A DNA stretch of 64,000 bases from contig CAVRAY010000002.1 in NCBI GenBank assembly GCA_963719225.1, positions 512,001-576,000 on the forward strand, written 5' to 3'. A model generated the notes under the pieces. It was not told where the DNA came from. It saw only the letters and a list, made by a program, of their open reading frames with translations, and made no database searches. Within the stretch, counting starts at the first letter, position 1. Each line of letters begins with the position of its first letter. Source of the stretch: Thermoanaerobaculia bacterium (lineage in GTDB: Bacteria > Acidobacteriota > Thermoanaerobaculia > UBA5066). The translations under genes were made by a program, and so were the position numbers. This document shows positions 45,682 through 54,639 of this stretch, piece after piece.

Positions 45682-45927
45682 GTGAGCCGAGACCCGCTGC
45701 TCGCCAGAATCACGCTGGACCCCAAGGTCATGGTGGGGCAACCCGTGGTCCGTGGCACGCGCCTGACCGTCTCCTTCATCCTGGGCCGTCTCGCCCACGG
45801 ATCCGCGGTGGAGGACCTGCTGAGCGAGTATCGCGGGCTGACCCAGGAAGACGTTCAGGCCTGCCTGCTCTTCGCTGCGGAAGCGGTGGGCGACAACACC
45901 TTCGCCCCCCTCGCCAACGCGAAGTAA
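45682..45927 (+). CDS. DUF433 antitoxin
   Basis: RITLDPKVMVGQPVVRGTRL..LTQEDVQACL. Confidence 0.88.
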   Translation: MSRDPLLARITLDPKVMVGQPVVRGTRLTVSFILGRLAHGSAVEDLLSEYRGLTQEDVQACLLFAAEAVGDNTFAPLANAK

Positions 45928-46111
45928 GTGCGTTTTCTCGTCGACGAATCGACGGGGCCTGACGTGGCGCGGTGGCTTCGAGCGCCCGGCAAACAAGAAG
46001 GCGGTTCTGGAGAGGCTCCTTCAGGGGCACGGTAAGGACATTCCCGGCAGTTTCGTCGTCGTGTCGGAGGACACCGTGAGGATCACGCGGTTCTCGGGTG
46101 GCGGGAGCTGA
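45928..46111 (+). pseudogene. DUF5615 PIN toxin with large internal deletion
   Basis: MRFLVDESTGPDVARWLRA joined to C-terminal ..GSFVVVSEDTVRITR; stop codon overlaps LysR copy 6. Confidence 0.7.
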
Positions 46112-46429
46112 GGCGTACCCGTCCCTGGCTCTCGAGGTGCGAAACCAGCGCGACATGGAGTCGTTCGATCAGCTGCTCGCGGGCGAGCTGGACCTCGCGG
46201 TTCGGTCCCGGGAGGCGCTGCCGCACGGTTTGAGGTTCGAGCCGCTGTTCGCGTCGGATCGAATGCTGATCGTGCCGCGTGGTCACCTCAGAAACCCCTC
46301 GCTCGCCATGCGTTCGTGATCCCCCCGGCGGCTGTCCATGGGCTGGTGACGCAGGAGGGCACCGGCGCCTCATCCGCAACGGCCGCCGTGAGAAGGGTGC
46401 TGGAGGAGGCGGGGAGGAGGGTGGGGTAG
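46110..46429 (+). repeat. LysR fragment copy 6
   Basis: Two internal deletions; same end. Confidence 0.95.
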
Positions 46430-46448
46430 GGGGTAACATTCTGAAGGT

Positions 46449-46772
46449 ATGAGCCCCGCGCAAGTGCTTTCAAGCGGACGGATTACGGTGCCTCGGGAGG
46501 CCATTGCGGGCTTCTGCCGGAAGCACCACATCCGGCGGCTGGCTCTGTTCGGGTCGGTGCTTCGAGACGACTTTCGAGGTGACAGCGACGTGGACGTCCT
46601 GGTCGAGTTCGAACCCACCCACGTTCCCGGGTTCTTCGGGCTTTTCGGAATGGAGCAGGAGCTTGGGGAGATCGTCGGCCGCAAGGTGGACCTGAACACG
46701 CCGGGCTCGCTGAGCAAGTACTTCCGGGCCCGGGTATTGGCCGAGGCCGTGCCGCTGCATGACGCGGCATGA
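46449..46772 (+). CDS. MNT antitoxin
   Basis: [20 protein letters not shown]. Confidence 0.9.
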   Translation: MSPAQVLSSGRITVPREAIAGFCRKHHIRRLALFGSVLRDDFRGDSDVDVLVEFEPTHVPGFFGLFGMEQELGEIVGRKVDLNTPGSLSKYFRARVLAEAVPLHDAA

Positions 46773-47097
46773 CGAGGACGCGCGCCTCCGGCACATGCTG
46801 GACGCTTCGCGCGAGGCCGTCGGCTTCGCGAAAGGGAGATCGAGAGCAGACCTGCACGCCGACCGCGGCTTGCAGCTGATTCTCACGAGGCTTCTCGAAA
46901 TTGTCGGCGAGGCGGCGAACAAGGTGCCGCAGGCGACACGCGACCTCTACCCTGAGATTCCCTGGTCGGCCGCGATCGCGATCCGAAACCGCCTGATCCA
47001 CGGCTACGAGGACGTCGACCTCGACATCGTCTGGCAGACTGTCAACGAGGATCTGCCGAAGTTGATCCGGGCACTGGAGATCGCTGTCGGCGGGTAA
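46759..47097 (+). CDS. HEPN (DUF86) toxin
   Basis: [20 protein letters not shown]. Confidence 0.9.
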   Translation: MTRHDEDARLRHMLDASREAVGFAKGRSRADLHADRGLQLILTRLLEIVGEAANKVPQATRDLYPEIPWSAAIAIRNRLIHGYEDVDLDIVWQTVNEDLPKLIRALEIAVGG

Positions 47098-47117
47098 AGG
47101 GACGACGCAACGACGTT

Positions 47118-47711
47118 CTACCTTTTCCCCTTCGGCGCCTGCGGCCGGAACAGCTTGAGGATCTCGTTGACCAGGTTCAGATCGAAACGTTCCGGGTTGT
47201 ACCGCGGGCCGGCCCAGGTTCGCACGCGGTCGTGCTCCTCGTGCGCCGGGTCGCGCCAGGCCTCGAGAAACCCCACGTAGCCGCCGGTGCCTCCGCAGTC
47301 CTCGGGCGGTGCGGCACGGGCGCCTCCGAGACAGACCGGATAACGGATGGCGGGGTCGGGCGAGAAGCGCTTCTCGACGGCGATGTCGTGGATCCAGTCG
47401 TCCCCGAAGTCGTACGTGTACGAGAAGCGCGTGACGTCGCGTGTCACGAGGTCGCCGAGCCGCGTCATGCGCGGGTGACGGGGACGGACGTCCTCCGGGA
47501 ATTCCGGGTCGGGTTCTGTCACTCGCGACGTCCCGACCTCGAACGCGTAGAGGTGGCTGTGCTCCCACCCGAAAGACCACTGGATGATCTCGTGAAGGAG
47601 ATGGAACGTGCGCGTGTTCGTGACGTGAATGACGCGATAGATCGGCCGCTCGACGTCGCGGATCCGAATCCGGAGCTGAAGGACCTCTTCAGGGAAAGCG
47701 GCGGGTTTCAT
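47118..47711 (-). CDS. pRiA4b ORF-3 family protein
   Basis: LHEIIQWSFGWEHSHL, YTYDFGDDWIH, APPEDCGG. Confidence 0.88.
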   Translation of the reverse strand: MKPAAFPEEVLQLRIRIRDVERPIYRVIHVTNTRTFHLLHEIIQWSFGWEHSHLYAFEVGTSRVTEPDPEFPEDVRPRHPRMTRLGDLVTRDVTRFSYTYDFGDDWIHDIAVEKRFSPDPAIRYPVCLGGARAAPPEDCGGTGGYVGFLEAWRDPAHEEHDRVRTWAGPRYNPERFDLNLVNEILKLFRPQAPKGKR

Positions 47712-47730
47712 CGAGCACATTGTGCGCGGG

Positions 47731-48369
47731 GCCGCCGCGCGTCTGAACAAATCACAGCCGGCCGTGACGATGACGGTGAAGGCTCTCGAGCGGGGAAAGA
47801 GGCTGACGGCGGCGGGAGCGAGGCTGGCCGCGAAGGCCGCGGGCATCCTGGAGGGCGCGCGGCGATTGAAGGAGGACGTCGCCGGAGAGCCGGAGGTGCC
47901 CCGGGGGCCGGTGCGGGTGGGAGGGGATTCGGATTCGCGAGGCGTACCCGTCTCTGGCTCTCGAGGTGCGAAACCAGCGCGACATGGAGTCGCTCGATCA
48001 GTTGCTCGCGGGCGAGCTGGACCTGGCGGTTCGGTCCCGGGAGGCGCTGCCGCACGGCTTGAGGTTCGAGCCGCTGTTCGCGTCGGATCGAATGCTGATC
48101 GTGCCGCGTGGTCACGAGCTGGCGGGGAAGAAGCGTCCGACGCTCAGAGACCTCTCTCGCCATGCGTTCGTGATCCCCCCGGCGGGTTCGACGTCGCGCC
48201 GCCTGATCGAGGCCGCGTTCCTGCGGGCCGGCCTGAGGCTGGAGATCGCGATGGAGGCGGGAGGCTGGCTGTCCATGGGCTGGTGACGCGGGAGGGCACC
48301 GGCGGCGCCTCATCCGCAACGGCCGCCGTGAGGCGGTTGCTGGAGGAGGCGGGGAGGAGGGTGGTGTAG
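47731..48369 (+). repeat. LysR fragment copy 7
   Basis: Same 5' boundary as copy 1 (GCCGCCGCGCGTCTGAAC); three internal deletions. Confidence 0.95.
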
Positions 48370-48388
48370 GGGGTAACATTCTGCTGGT

Positions 48389-48712
48389 ATGAGCCCCGCG
48401 CAAGTGCTTTCAAGCGGACGGATTACGGCGCCTCGAGAGGCCGTTGCGGGCTTCTGCCGGAAGCACCACATCCAGCGGCTGGCTCTGTTCGGGTCGGTAC
48501 TTCGAGACGACTTTCGCCCCGAGAGCGACGTGGATGTCCTGGCCGAGTTCGAGCCCGGGGGCGTGCCGGACTTTTTCGAGCTGGTCGGAATGAAAGAAGA
48601 GCTTTCTTCGATCTTCGGCCGCCGGGTGGACCTCAAGACCCCGAACTCTCTGAGTCCGTATTTCCGCGACCGGGTTCTCGCCGAAGCTTTCCGCCTCCAT
48701 GACGCGGCATGA
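48389..48712 (+). CDS. MNT antitoxin
   Basis: [19 protein letters not shown]; N-terminal half nearly identical to 46449. Confidence 0.9.
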   Translation: MSPAQVLSSGRITAPREAVAGFCRKHHIQRLALFGSVLRDDFRPESDVDVLAEFEPGGVPDFFELVGMKEELSSIFGRRVDLKTPNSLSPYFRDRVLAEAFRLHDAA

Positions 48713-49034
48713 CGAGCTGATTCGCCTTCAGCACATGCTGGACGCGGCCCGTGAGGCGGTCGAGCTCGTCCGCGGTCGGACCTCGCAGCAAATCGAGGAA
48801 GACCGCCTTCGGGTGCTCGCACTCGAGAGGCTGTTCGAGATCATCGGAGAAGCGGCTGCACAGACCTCTGACGGCGTCCGGGCGCGATACCCGGAGATTC
48901 CGTGGAGCCGGATCGTCGGGATGCGCAACGAGATCATCCACGGCTATTCGACGATCGATCTCGAGATAGTCCTCAAGACGGTGGAGAACCGGCTCCCAGC
49001 GCTGATCAGGCAACTCGAAGCGGCTCTGAAGTAG
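48699..49034 (+). CDS. HEPN (DUF86) toxin
   Basis: EIIGEAA..MRNEIIHGY. Confidence 0.9.
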   Translation: MTRHDELIRLQHMLDAAREAVELVRGRTSQQIEEDRLRVLALERLFEIIGEAAAQTSDGVRARYPEIPWSRIVGMRNEIIHGYSTIDLEIVLKTVENRLPALIRQLEAALK

Positions 49035-49052
49035 TCGGCTGCTCCTGACGCA

Positions 49053-49461
49053 GGATTCGCGAGGCGTACCCATCCCTGGCTCTCGAGGTGCGAAACCAGC
49101 GCGACATGGAGTCGTTCGATCAGTTGCTCGCGGGCGAGCTGGACCTGGCGGTTCGGTCCCGGGAGGCGCTGCCGCACGGCTTGAGGTTCGAGCCGCTGTT
49201 CGCGTCGGATCGAATGCTGATCGTGCCGCGTGGTCACCCCAGAGACCTCTCTCGCCATGCGTTCGTGATTCCCCCGGCGGGTTCGACGTCGCGCCGCCTG
49301 ATCGAGGCCGCGTTCCTGCGGGCCGGCCTGAGGCTGGAGATCGCGATGGAGGCGGGAGGCTGGATGTCCATGAGCTGGTGACGCGGGAAGGCACCGGCGC
49401 CTCATCCGCAACGGCCGCCGTGAGGCGGTTGCTGGAGGAGGCGGGGAGGAGGGCGGGGTAG
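49053..49461 (+). repeat. LysR fragment copy 8
   Basis: Both common deletions; same end. Confidence 0.95.
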
Positions 49462-49584
49462 GGGGCTATCTGGCCACCACCCGAGGAGAGCCCGGCGAAG
49501 GACGAGCCGTTCGACGTGACGTGCGTCCCCGGCTTCTACGACGGCGAGGGCGACCTCTGCGGCGGGGCCTTTTCTTGGCCCGGT

Positions 49585-49926
49585 CTACGGTGTGGCAGGG
49601 CTGCCGAGGATTTCGATTACCTTGGCCTTCAACGCAGGCACGTCCCGCGCAACGGCGACCCAGACTTCCTCGAGGTCAATGCCGAAGTAGTCGTGTACGA
49701 GGATGTTCCGCATGGCGGCTATCTGACTCCACGGGACATCCGGGTGCGCGGCGCGAATCCCCTCCGAAAGGCCACGCACAGCTTCGCCAATGATCTGAAG
49801 GTGATGGACGATCCAGGTCTGGACCAACTCGTCGCCGTCAAACGGAGTCCGGCCGCCGCTCGCATACTTCTCGATGCGCTCGATCGCCTCAAGGATGTCT
49901 TCGAGGCGTTGCCGGTCCCGCTTCAA
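49585..49926 (-). CDS. HEPN (DUF86) toxin
   Basis: LEDILEAI..IIGEA..MRNILVHDY. Confidence 0.9.
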   Translation of the reverse strand: MKRDRQRLEDILEAIERIEKYASGGRTPFDGDELVQTWIVHHLQIIGEAVRGLSEGIRAAHPDVPWSQIAAMRNILVHDYFGIDLEEVWVAVARDVPALKAKVIEILGSPATP

Positions 49927-50213
49927 AGCGGAACGGCCTCTTTCAGGACTCGGTCCCGGATTCGGGACCGCAGCCCGCGGGCGACGGCGACGTCGACTCT
50001 GCGGCCGAGCAAGGCTTCGAGCTCTATCACCAGGGCGGCGTGATCGAGAAGGCTACGGCCGGGCTCGAGATCGACGAGCAGGTCCACGTCGCTATCCGCC
50101 GAAGCTTCGCCGCGCGCGACTGATCCAAACACGCGCACGTTGCCCGCTCCGTGGGCCTTGGCCGCGCGGAGGATCGCAGGCCGGTTCTCGCTGAGGAATT
50201 CTTCGATTCCCAT
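49923..50213 (-). CDS. MNT antitoxin
   Basis: VFGSVARGEASADSDVDLLV. Confidence 0.9.
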   Translation of the reverse strand: MGIEEFLSENRPAILRAAKAHGAGNVRVFGSVARGEASADSDVDLLVDLEPGRSLLDHAALVIELEALLGRRVDVAVARGLRSRIRDRVLKEAVPL

Positions 50214-50243
50214 GGTCGCCTCAAGGAGATTGTAGTCGCTGGG

Positions 50244-50590
50244 GATCAGTTGCTCGCGTGCGAGCTGGACCTGGCGGTTCGGTCCCGGGAGGCGCTGCCG
50301 CACGGTTTGAGGTTCGAGCCGCTGTTCGCGTCGGATCGAATGCTGATCGTGCCGCGTGGGTCACCTTAGAAACCCCTCGCTCGCCATGCGTTCGTGATCC
50401 CCCCGGCGGGTTCGACGTCGCGCCGCCTGATCGAGGCCGCGTTCCTGCGGGCCGGCCTGAGGCTGGAGATCGCGATGGAGGCGGGAGGCTGGATGTCCAT
50501 GGGCTGGTGACGCGGGAGGGCACCGGCGCCTCATCCGCAACGGCCGCCGTGACCCGGTTGCCGGAGGAGGCGGGGAGGAGGGTGGGGTGG
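50244..50590 (+). repeat. LysR fragment copy 9
   Basis: Both common deletions; stop changed TAG to TGG within the G-tract. Confidence 0.95.
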
Positions 50591-50595
50591 GGGGG

Positions 50596-50814
50596 CTAAG
50601 CGACTTGATAGATGGCAGGCTTGAACGACGGGGGCGGGATCGGCTTTCCCGCCTCCTTGGCAGCCTCCAGCCAGGCGGCCTTCGCCTTCAACACTTCCTC
50701 GAGCGCCTTTTCAGGCGTCTCTCCAAAGGCGGAGCAGTGCGGCAGATCGGGGATATCGGCGATGTAACCGCCATCCTCGTCGCTCTGGAAGATGTTGATG
50801 TGGTAGTCCTTCAT
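50596..50814 (-). CDS. hicB: HicB antitoxin
   Basis: EDGGYIADIPDLPHCSAFGETPEKAL. Confidence 0.9.
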   Translation of the reverse strand: MKDYHINIFQSDEDGGYIADIPDLPHCSAFGETPEKALEEVLKAKAAWLEAAKEAGKPIPPPSFKPAIYQVA

Positions 50815-51058
50815 TCGTCGCCTGCGAGCTTTAGATTATGCCGCTCTACGAGTTGGAGCAACTGCTTGATCTGATAAGGCTTGGCCTGTCCGTGAACTTC
50901 CTGGAGATTCAGGAGCTGCGGGATTGCACGAAGATGTGGTGGCTCCCACTTACGCGACTGAGACGGAACCCGAAGGCCTCAGCGAGCGCCCGGGCCTCGG
51001 CGAACCTGAAGTTGTTTGGAGAGGCCAGCGCCCTCTGGAGGAGCTTTCGGGGGTTCAT
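50811..51058 (-). pseudogene. hicA: HicA toxin, frameshifted
   Basis: Manual translation: MNPRKLL..GFRLSRVSGSHHIFV / IPQLLNLQEVHGQAKPYQIKQ. Confidence 0.8.
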
Positions 51059-51084
51059 TGGCTGAACCTAAACCTAGCACGCCT

Positions 51085-51458
51085 GCGAGGCGTACCCGCC
51101 CCCAGGCTCTCGAGGTGCGAAACCAGCGCGACATGGAGTCGTTCGATCAGTTGCTCGCGGGCGAGCTGGACCTGGCGGTTCGGTCCCGGGAGGCGCTGCC
51201 GCACGGTTTGAGGTTCGAGCCGCTGTTCGCGTCGGGTCGAGTGCTGATCGTGCCGCGTGGTCACCTTAGAAACCCCTCGCTCGCCATGCGTTCGTGATCC
51301 CCCCGGCGGGTTCGACGTCGCGCCGCCTGATCGAGGCCGCGTTCCTGCGGGCCGGCCTGAGGCTGGAGATCGCGATGGAGGCGGGAGGCTGGACGTCCAT
51401 GGGCTGGTGACGCGGGAGGGCACCGGCGCCTCATCCGCAACGGCCGCCGTGAGGAGGG
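51085..51458 (+). repeat. LysR fragment copy 10 (also 3'-truncated)
   Basis: Both common deletions; ends ~30 nt before the stop. Confidence 0.92.
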
Positions 51459-51460
51459 GG

Positions 51461-51660
51461 CCATAGAACTCGGCGACGGCCGTTTGCACCGCCCCGGCCG
51501 CGAGAGCACGGTCGACATGAGCGAGAAGCGTCCGGGCGAGGTCCGCGTCGATCCGGTTCAAGGTCCGCCAGAGGCTCTCCTCCGGATTCGAGCGCTCCGC
51601 ACCCAGGCAGCAGGCCTTGTACTTCTTCCCGCTCCCGCACGGACACGGTGCGGCCGCGCG
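51461..51660 (-). pseudogene. SEC-C motif protein fragment
   Basis: PCPCGSGKKYKACC. Confidence 0.65.
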
Positions 51661-51798
51661 CGGGCGCTCGACTCGAAGACGTGGGGCGAGTTTCGGAGCC
51701 GCATCCCCGCCGAGGAGTAGAAGGAGCTGGCCTCGAAGCTCGAGGAGATCCCGGCGAAAGACGAGCCGTTCGACGTGGCGTGCGTTCCCGGTTTCTGC

Positions 51799-51831
51799 GA
51801 GTCGTCCGATCAGTTGCTCGCGGGCGAGCTG
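51799..51831 (+). repeat. 33-bp LysR micro-remnant (copy 11)
   Basis: GAGTCGTcCGATCAGTTGCTCGCGGGCGAGCTG matches the other copies with one mismatch. Confidence 0.85.
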
Positions 51832-51862
51832 AGAGCGTTGCGCCCGAGCATCCAGACACGCG

Positions 51863-52192
51863 ATGTCTGTGCGGGTGCACCACCTTTTCACCATGGACAC
51901 TCGAAGACCAGGCGACCGCGTCATCCAGATCCCGCTCGAGTGGCCGGCGCGCTGCGGGACGGTGCTGGAGGTGAAGGCAGCTCCGCCTGCAGAGGTGCTC
52001 ATCGGATGGGATGACGGCCGGCGAGATTGGCTCGAAGACGGGGATCTGCGCTCCCTCCGGATCTGGTTCATCGACGAGGCCGGAACGGAAGTCGAGCCGA
52101 GACCGGGCCCATTGGAGACGCAGCTTTCCACGTTTCTGGGAATCGAGGCCGGGCGGTCGAAGCCGTTTCGCTTCCCGAAAGGACGCTCATGA
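51863..52192 (+). CDS. Hypothetical protein
   Basis: ORF with plausible composition; no motif recognised. Confidence 0.35.
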   Translation: MSVRVHHLFTMDTRRPGDRVIQIPLEWPARCGTVLEVKAAPPAEVLIGWDDGRRDWLEDGDLRSLRIWFIDEAGTEVEPRPGPLETQLSTFLGIEAGRSKPFRFPKGRS

Positions 52193-52488
52193 CCACTCAA
52201 AGCGGAAGACGACTCGATTTCCCGTCACCGCCGCGTCGGAAAGCGCCGCTCGGCGCGTGGCCCGCCATGAGAAGAGGCTCGCCGAGACGCTCGGCGCGCT
52301 GGAGGAGGATCAGTCCGCCTGGGCCGTTCTGCACGGGCTGAAGAGGGTGCGGGCTTGAAGGCGACGTCGAAGGGCTGGATGACGAAGCCGCTCCCGGCCC
52401 GGGCGCCTCGGCCGGATCCGGCTTGCCGGCGATATGATTTGCGGAGGCACGAAAAAGGCCATACGCTCTGAATCTCCAGGAGGTTGTG

Positions 52489-53025
52489 ATGAGAACGAGT
52501 CTTAGTCGCCGTCGAGCGGGATTCACCTTGATCGAGCTTCTCGTCGTCATCGCCATCATCGCGGTCCTCATCGGTTTGCTCCTGCCGGCCGTCCAGAAGG
52601 TGCGGGAGTCGGCCGCGAAGGGGTCTCGAACCGCGGTCTGGGCCGAGGGGGTCGAGAGGACCCTTCTGAAGCTGAAACCGATCGTGGAGAACGGCAAGTC
52701 GCGCATGGAGAGGGCGAAAGGCGGGCATGAAAGGCTGGCCGACACCTATTTTCACTCGATGCGCTCGAGCCTCCGGGAGGCCGAGAAGGACGTCGCGCGT
52801 CAGATCACGGATCTCGAGCACCTCAAGGTCGCCCGGAACGAATCCCTCAGGGCGGGCGCGGCCGGCAAACCGGGGTCTCTGTCTCTTGCCCCAGCGGCCC
52901 ATCCCCCCGAGATTCCGCAGGGGGTCGAGGACGACCTGAGGAAGCTGCAGCAGGAGATCGTGAAGGCGAGGAAGCTCCTCGAAACCAATCACGTCGAGCA
53001 GGCGCCGGCGACGCAGGTGAAATAG
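52489..53025 (+). CDS. Prepilin-type N-terminal cleavage/methylation protein
   Basis: [30 protein letters not shown]; AGGAGG RBS. Confidence 0.85.
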   Translation: MRTSLSRRRAGFTLIELLVVIAIIAVLIGLLLPAVQKVRESAAKGSRTAVWAEGVERTLLKLKPIVENGKSRMERAKGGHERLADTYFHSMRSSLREAEKDVARQITDLEHLKVARNESLRAGAAGKPGSLSLAPAAHPPEIPQGVEDDLRKLQQEIVKARKLLETNHVEQAPATQVK

Positions 53026-53111
53026 CGCCTCGCCGTCCGCGCGCGCCTGGGCGGCGGCGCGGTGGCGCGGCATGTCGTGCTCGTTCTGGTACGTCGCTTG
53101 CTGCCGCCGCG

Positions 53112-54071
53112 GTGGAGGCGCGTCGTGAAGAAAAGCTCCCGACCGCGGCGGTGCCGGCGCACGCCGATGAAGGCGAAGGACGAGCTCCGGGCCCTGTACG
53201 GCCGGTGAGGTTTTCCGCGTTCCTCGAGCAGCCGGCGGCCCCCGTTCTCGGCTTCGTCCGGCGCGTCCTCCGGAATTTCCACGAGAACCAGGGCTTTCTC
53301 CTCGCGAGCGCGGTTGCGTACAACACGCTTCTCTCCATCGTTCCGCTCTTCGCGGTGCTCCTCGTCCTCGCCTCGAACGTCACGGACGAAGGGAGCCTCG
53401 TCGCGACGGTCGCGGTCTACGCCGAGCTGCTCCTTCCGGGCCGCTCCGCGGCCGTCATGGACCAGGTGCGGGCGCTCCTCGAGCACCGGGAGGTCATCGC
53501 GGGCGTCGGCGGCCTCGCGCTCCTGTTCTTCAGCTCCATCGCGTTCTCGGTTCTCGAGGGTGCGATGGAGGTGATCTTCTTCCACCGCCTCGTGAGCCGG
53601 CGCCGCCATTTCCTGTGGTCGGCGGCGCTCCCGTACCTCTTCATCATGGCGCTCGGCGCGGGACTCCTGCTCGTGAGCATCATCTCGGGCGCACTCCAGA
53701 CCGTCGGGCGCGACACGATCCCGCTCTTCGGCCGTTCGTGGTCGCTCGCGGGTCTCTCGCGCGCGATCCTGTGGTTCCTGGGCGTCGCCGGCCTCGCGCT
53801 GCTCCTCACGGCCCTCTACATGGTCATGCCCGTCGGGCGTCTCTCGTTCCGGCACGCGCTCGCGGGCGGCGTCACGGCGACGGTCCTGTGGGAGGTCGTG
53901 CGCCGCGTCCTGAGGTGGTACTTCGCGACGCTCTCGATGGTGAACGTCGTCTACGGCTCTCTCGCGAGCACGATCGGCGTCCTCCTGACGCTGGAGGCGG
54001 CCGCGCTCGTGCTGCTCCTCGGCGCGCAGGTCATCGCCGAGCTCGAGAGGTCGCGGGTCCCGGCGGCCTAG
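53112..54071 (+). CDS. YihY/virulence factor BrkB family membrane protein
   Basis: ASAVAYNTLLSIVP..VYGSL..LLGAQ. Confidence 0.88.
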   Translation: MEARREEKLPTAAVPAHADEGEGRAPGPVRPVRFSAFLEQPAAPVLGFVRRVLRNFHENQGFLLASAVAYNTLLSIVPLFAVLLVLASNVTDEGSLVATVAVYAELLLPGRSAAVMDQVRALLEHREVIAGVGGLALLFFSSIAFSVLEGAMEVIFFHRLVSRRRHFLWSAALPYLFIMALGAGLLLVSIISGALQTVGRDTIPLFGRSWSLAGLSRAILWFLGVAGLALLLTALYMVMPVGRLSFRHALAGGVTATVLWEVVRRVLRWYFATLSMVNVVYGSLASTIGVLLTLEAAALVLLLGAQVIAELERSRVPAA

Positions 54072-54484
54072 GGCTGCTCGACCTTCTCCGTCAGCGGCTT
54101 GCCCTTCTCCGCCACGAAGACGACGGCGAGCCGCGCGGGCGCCGACGACTCGTTCACGGCGAAGTGGAGCTGCCGCGGGAGGACGTGGAACATGGCGCCC
54201 GCCTTGACGACCTTCTTCTCGGCGCCCTCGCCGTGGAACGTCATCGTCCCTTCGACGACGAACCCGAAGATCTCGGCGTTGTGCATGTGCGGGCGCTCGC
54301 CCGCGCCGGGCGCGAAGTCCACCCACACCGTGTGGACCTCGCGGCCGGGCACGCCCGCGAGGTCGTACTTCTCCGAGTCCCCGTGCGTCGGCGCCTTCAT
54401 CTCGTCGGCGCGCGACGGGAAGGGCGCGAGCGCGAGAGCGGCCGCGAGGGCGCCGAGAGCGATACCGTGAAGCGGGCGGGTCAT
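54068..54484 (-). CDS. Secreted cupin-domain protein
   Basis: HMH..FVVEG..LHFAVN; signal peptide. Confidence 0.85.
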   Translation of the reverse strand: MTRPLHGIALGALAAALALAPFPSRADEMKAPTHGDSEKYDLAGVPGREVHTVWVDFAPGAGERPHMHNAEIFGFVVEGTMTFHGEGAEKKVVKAGAMFHVLPRQLHFAVNESSAPARLAVVFVAEKGKPLTEKVEQP

Positions 54485-54639
54485 GGGGCCTCCTTGCACG
54501 AGGTGAGAATGGGTCGCGACTCTAGCGCGCGGGTCGCGCGCGCGTAAAGGAGCCCCGCCGGCCCGGCCCAACGGAAGCTTGCCGGTCCCGGCCCCGGCCG
54601 ATACTGTATGGAGCAACCGACGACGCCCGCGAGGGGAAG

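Noticed and set aside
32461-51458. Functional LysR paralogs
   Set aside because: All lack the start and first helix of the HTH, and most carry deletions or frameshifts.
32461-51458. Retro-element origin (fixed 3' end, variable 5' truncation)
   Set aside because: No reverse transcriptase, poly-A tail or TSD in the window. It remains an unsupported alternative.
32461-51831. Integron or CRISPR interpretation of the repeat-cargo array
   Set aside because: Repeats are 0.3-0.8 kb coding-derived fragments of variable length. No attC R/L boxes, intI or cas genes were seen.
32461-51831. Pure assembly artefact
   Set aside because: Copies carry distinct SNPs and shared deletions, and each flanks unique cargo. 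Not fully excluded without reads.
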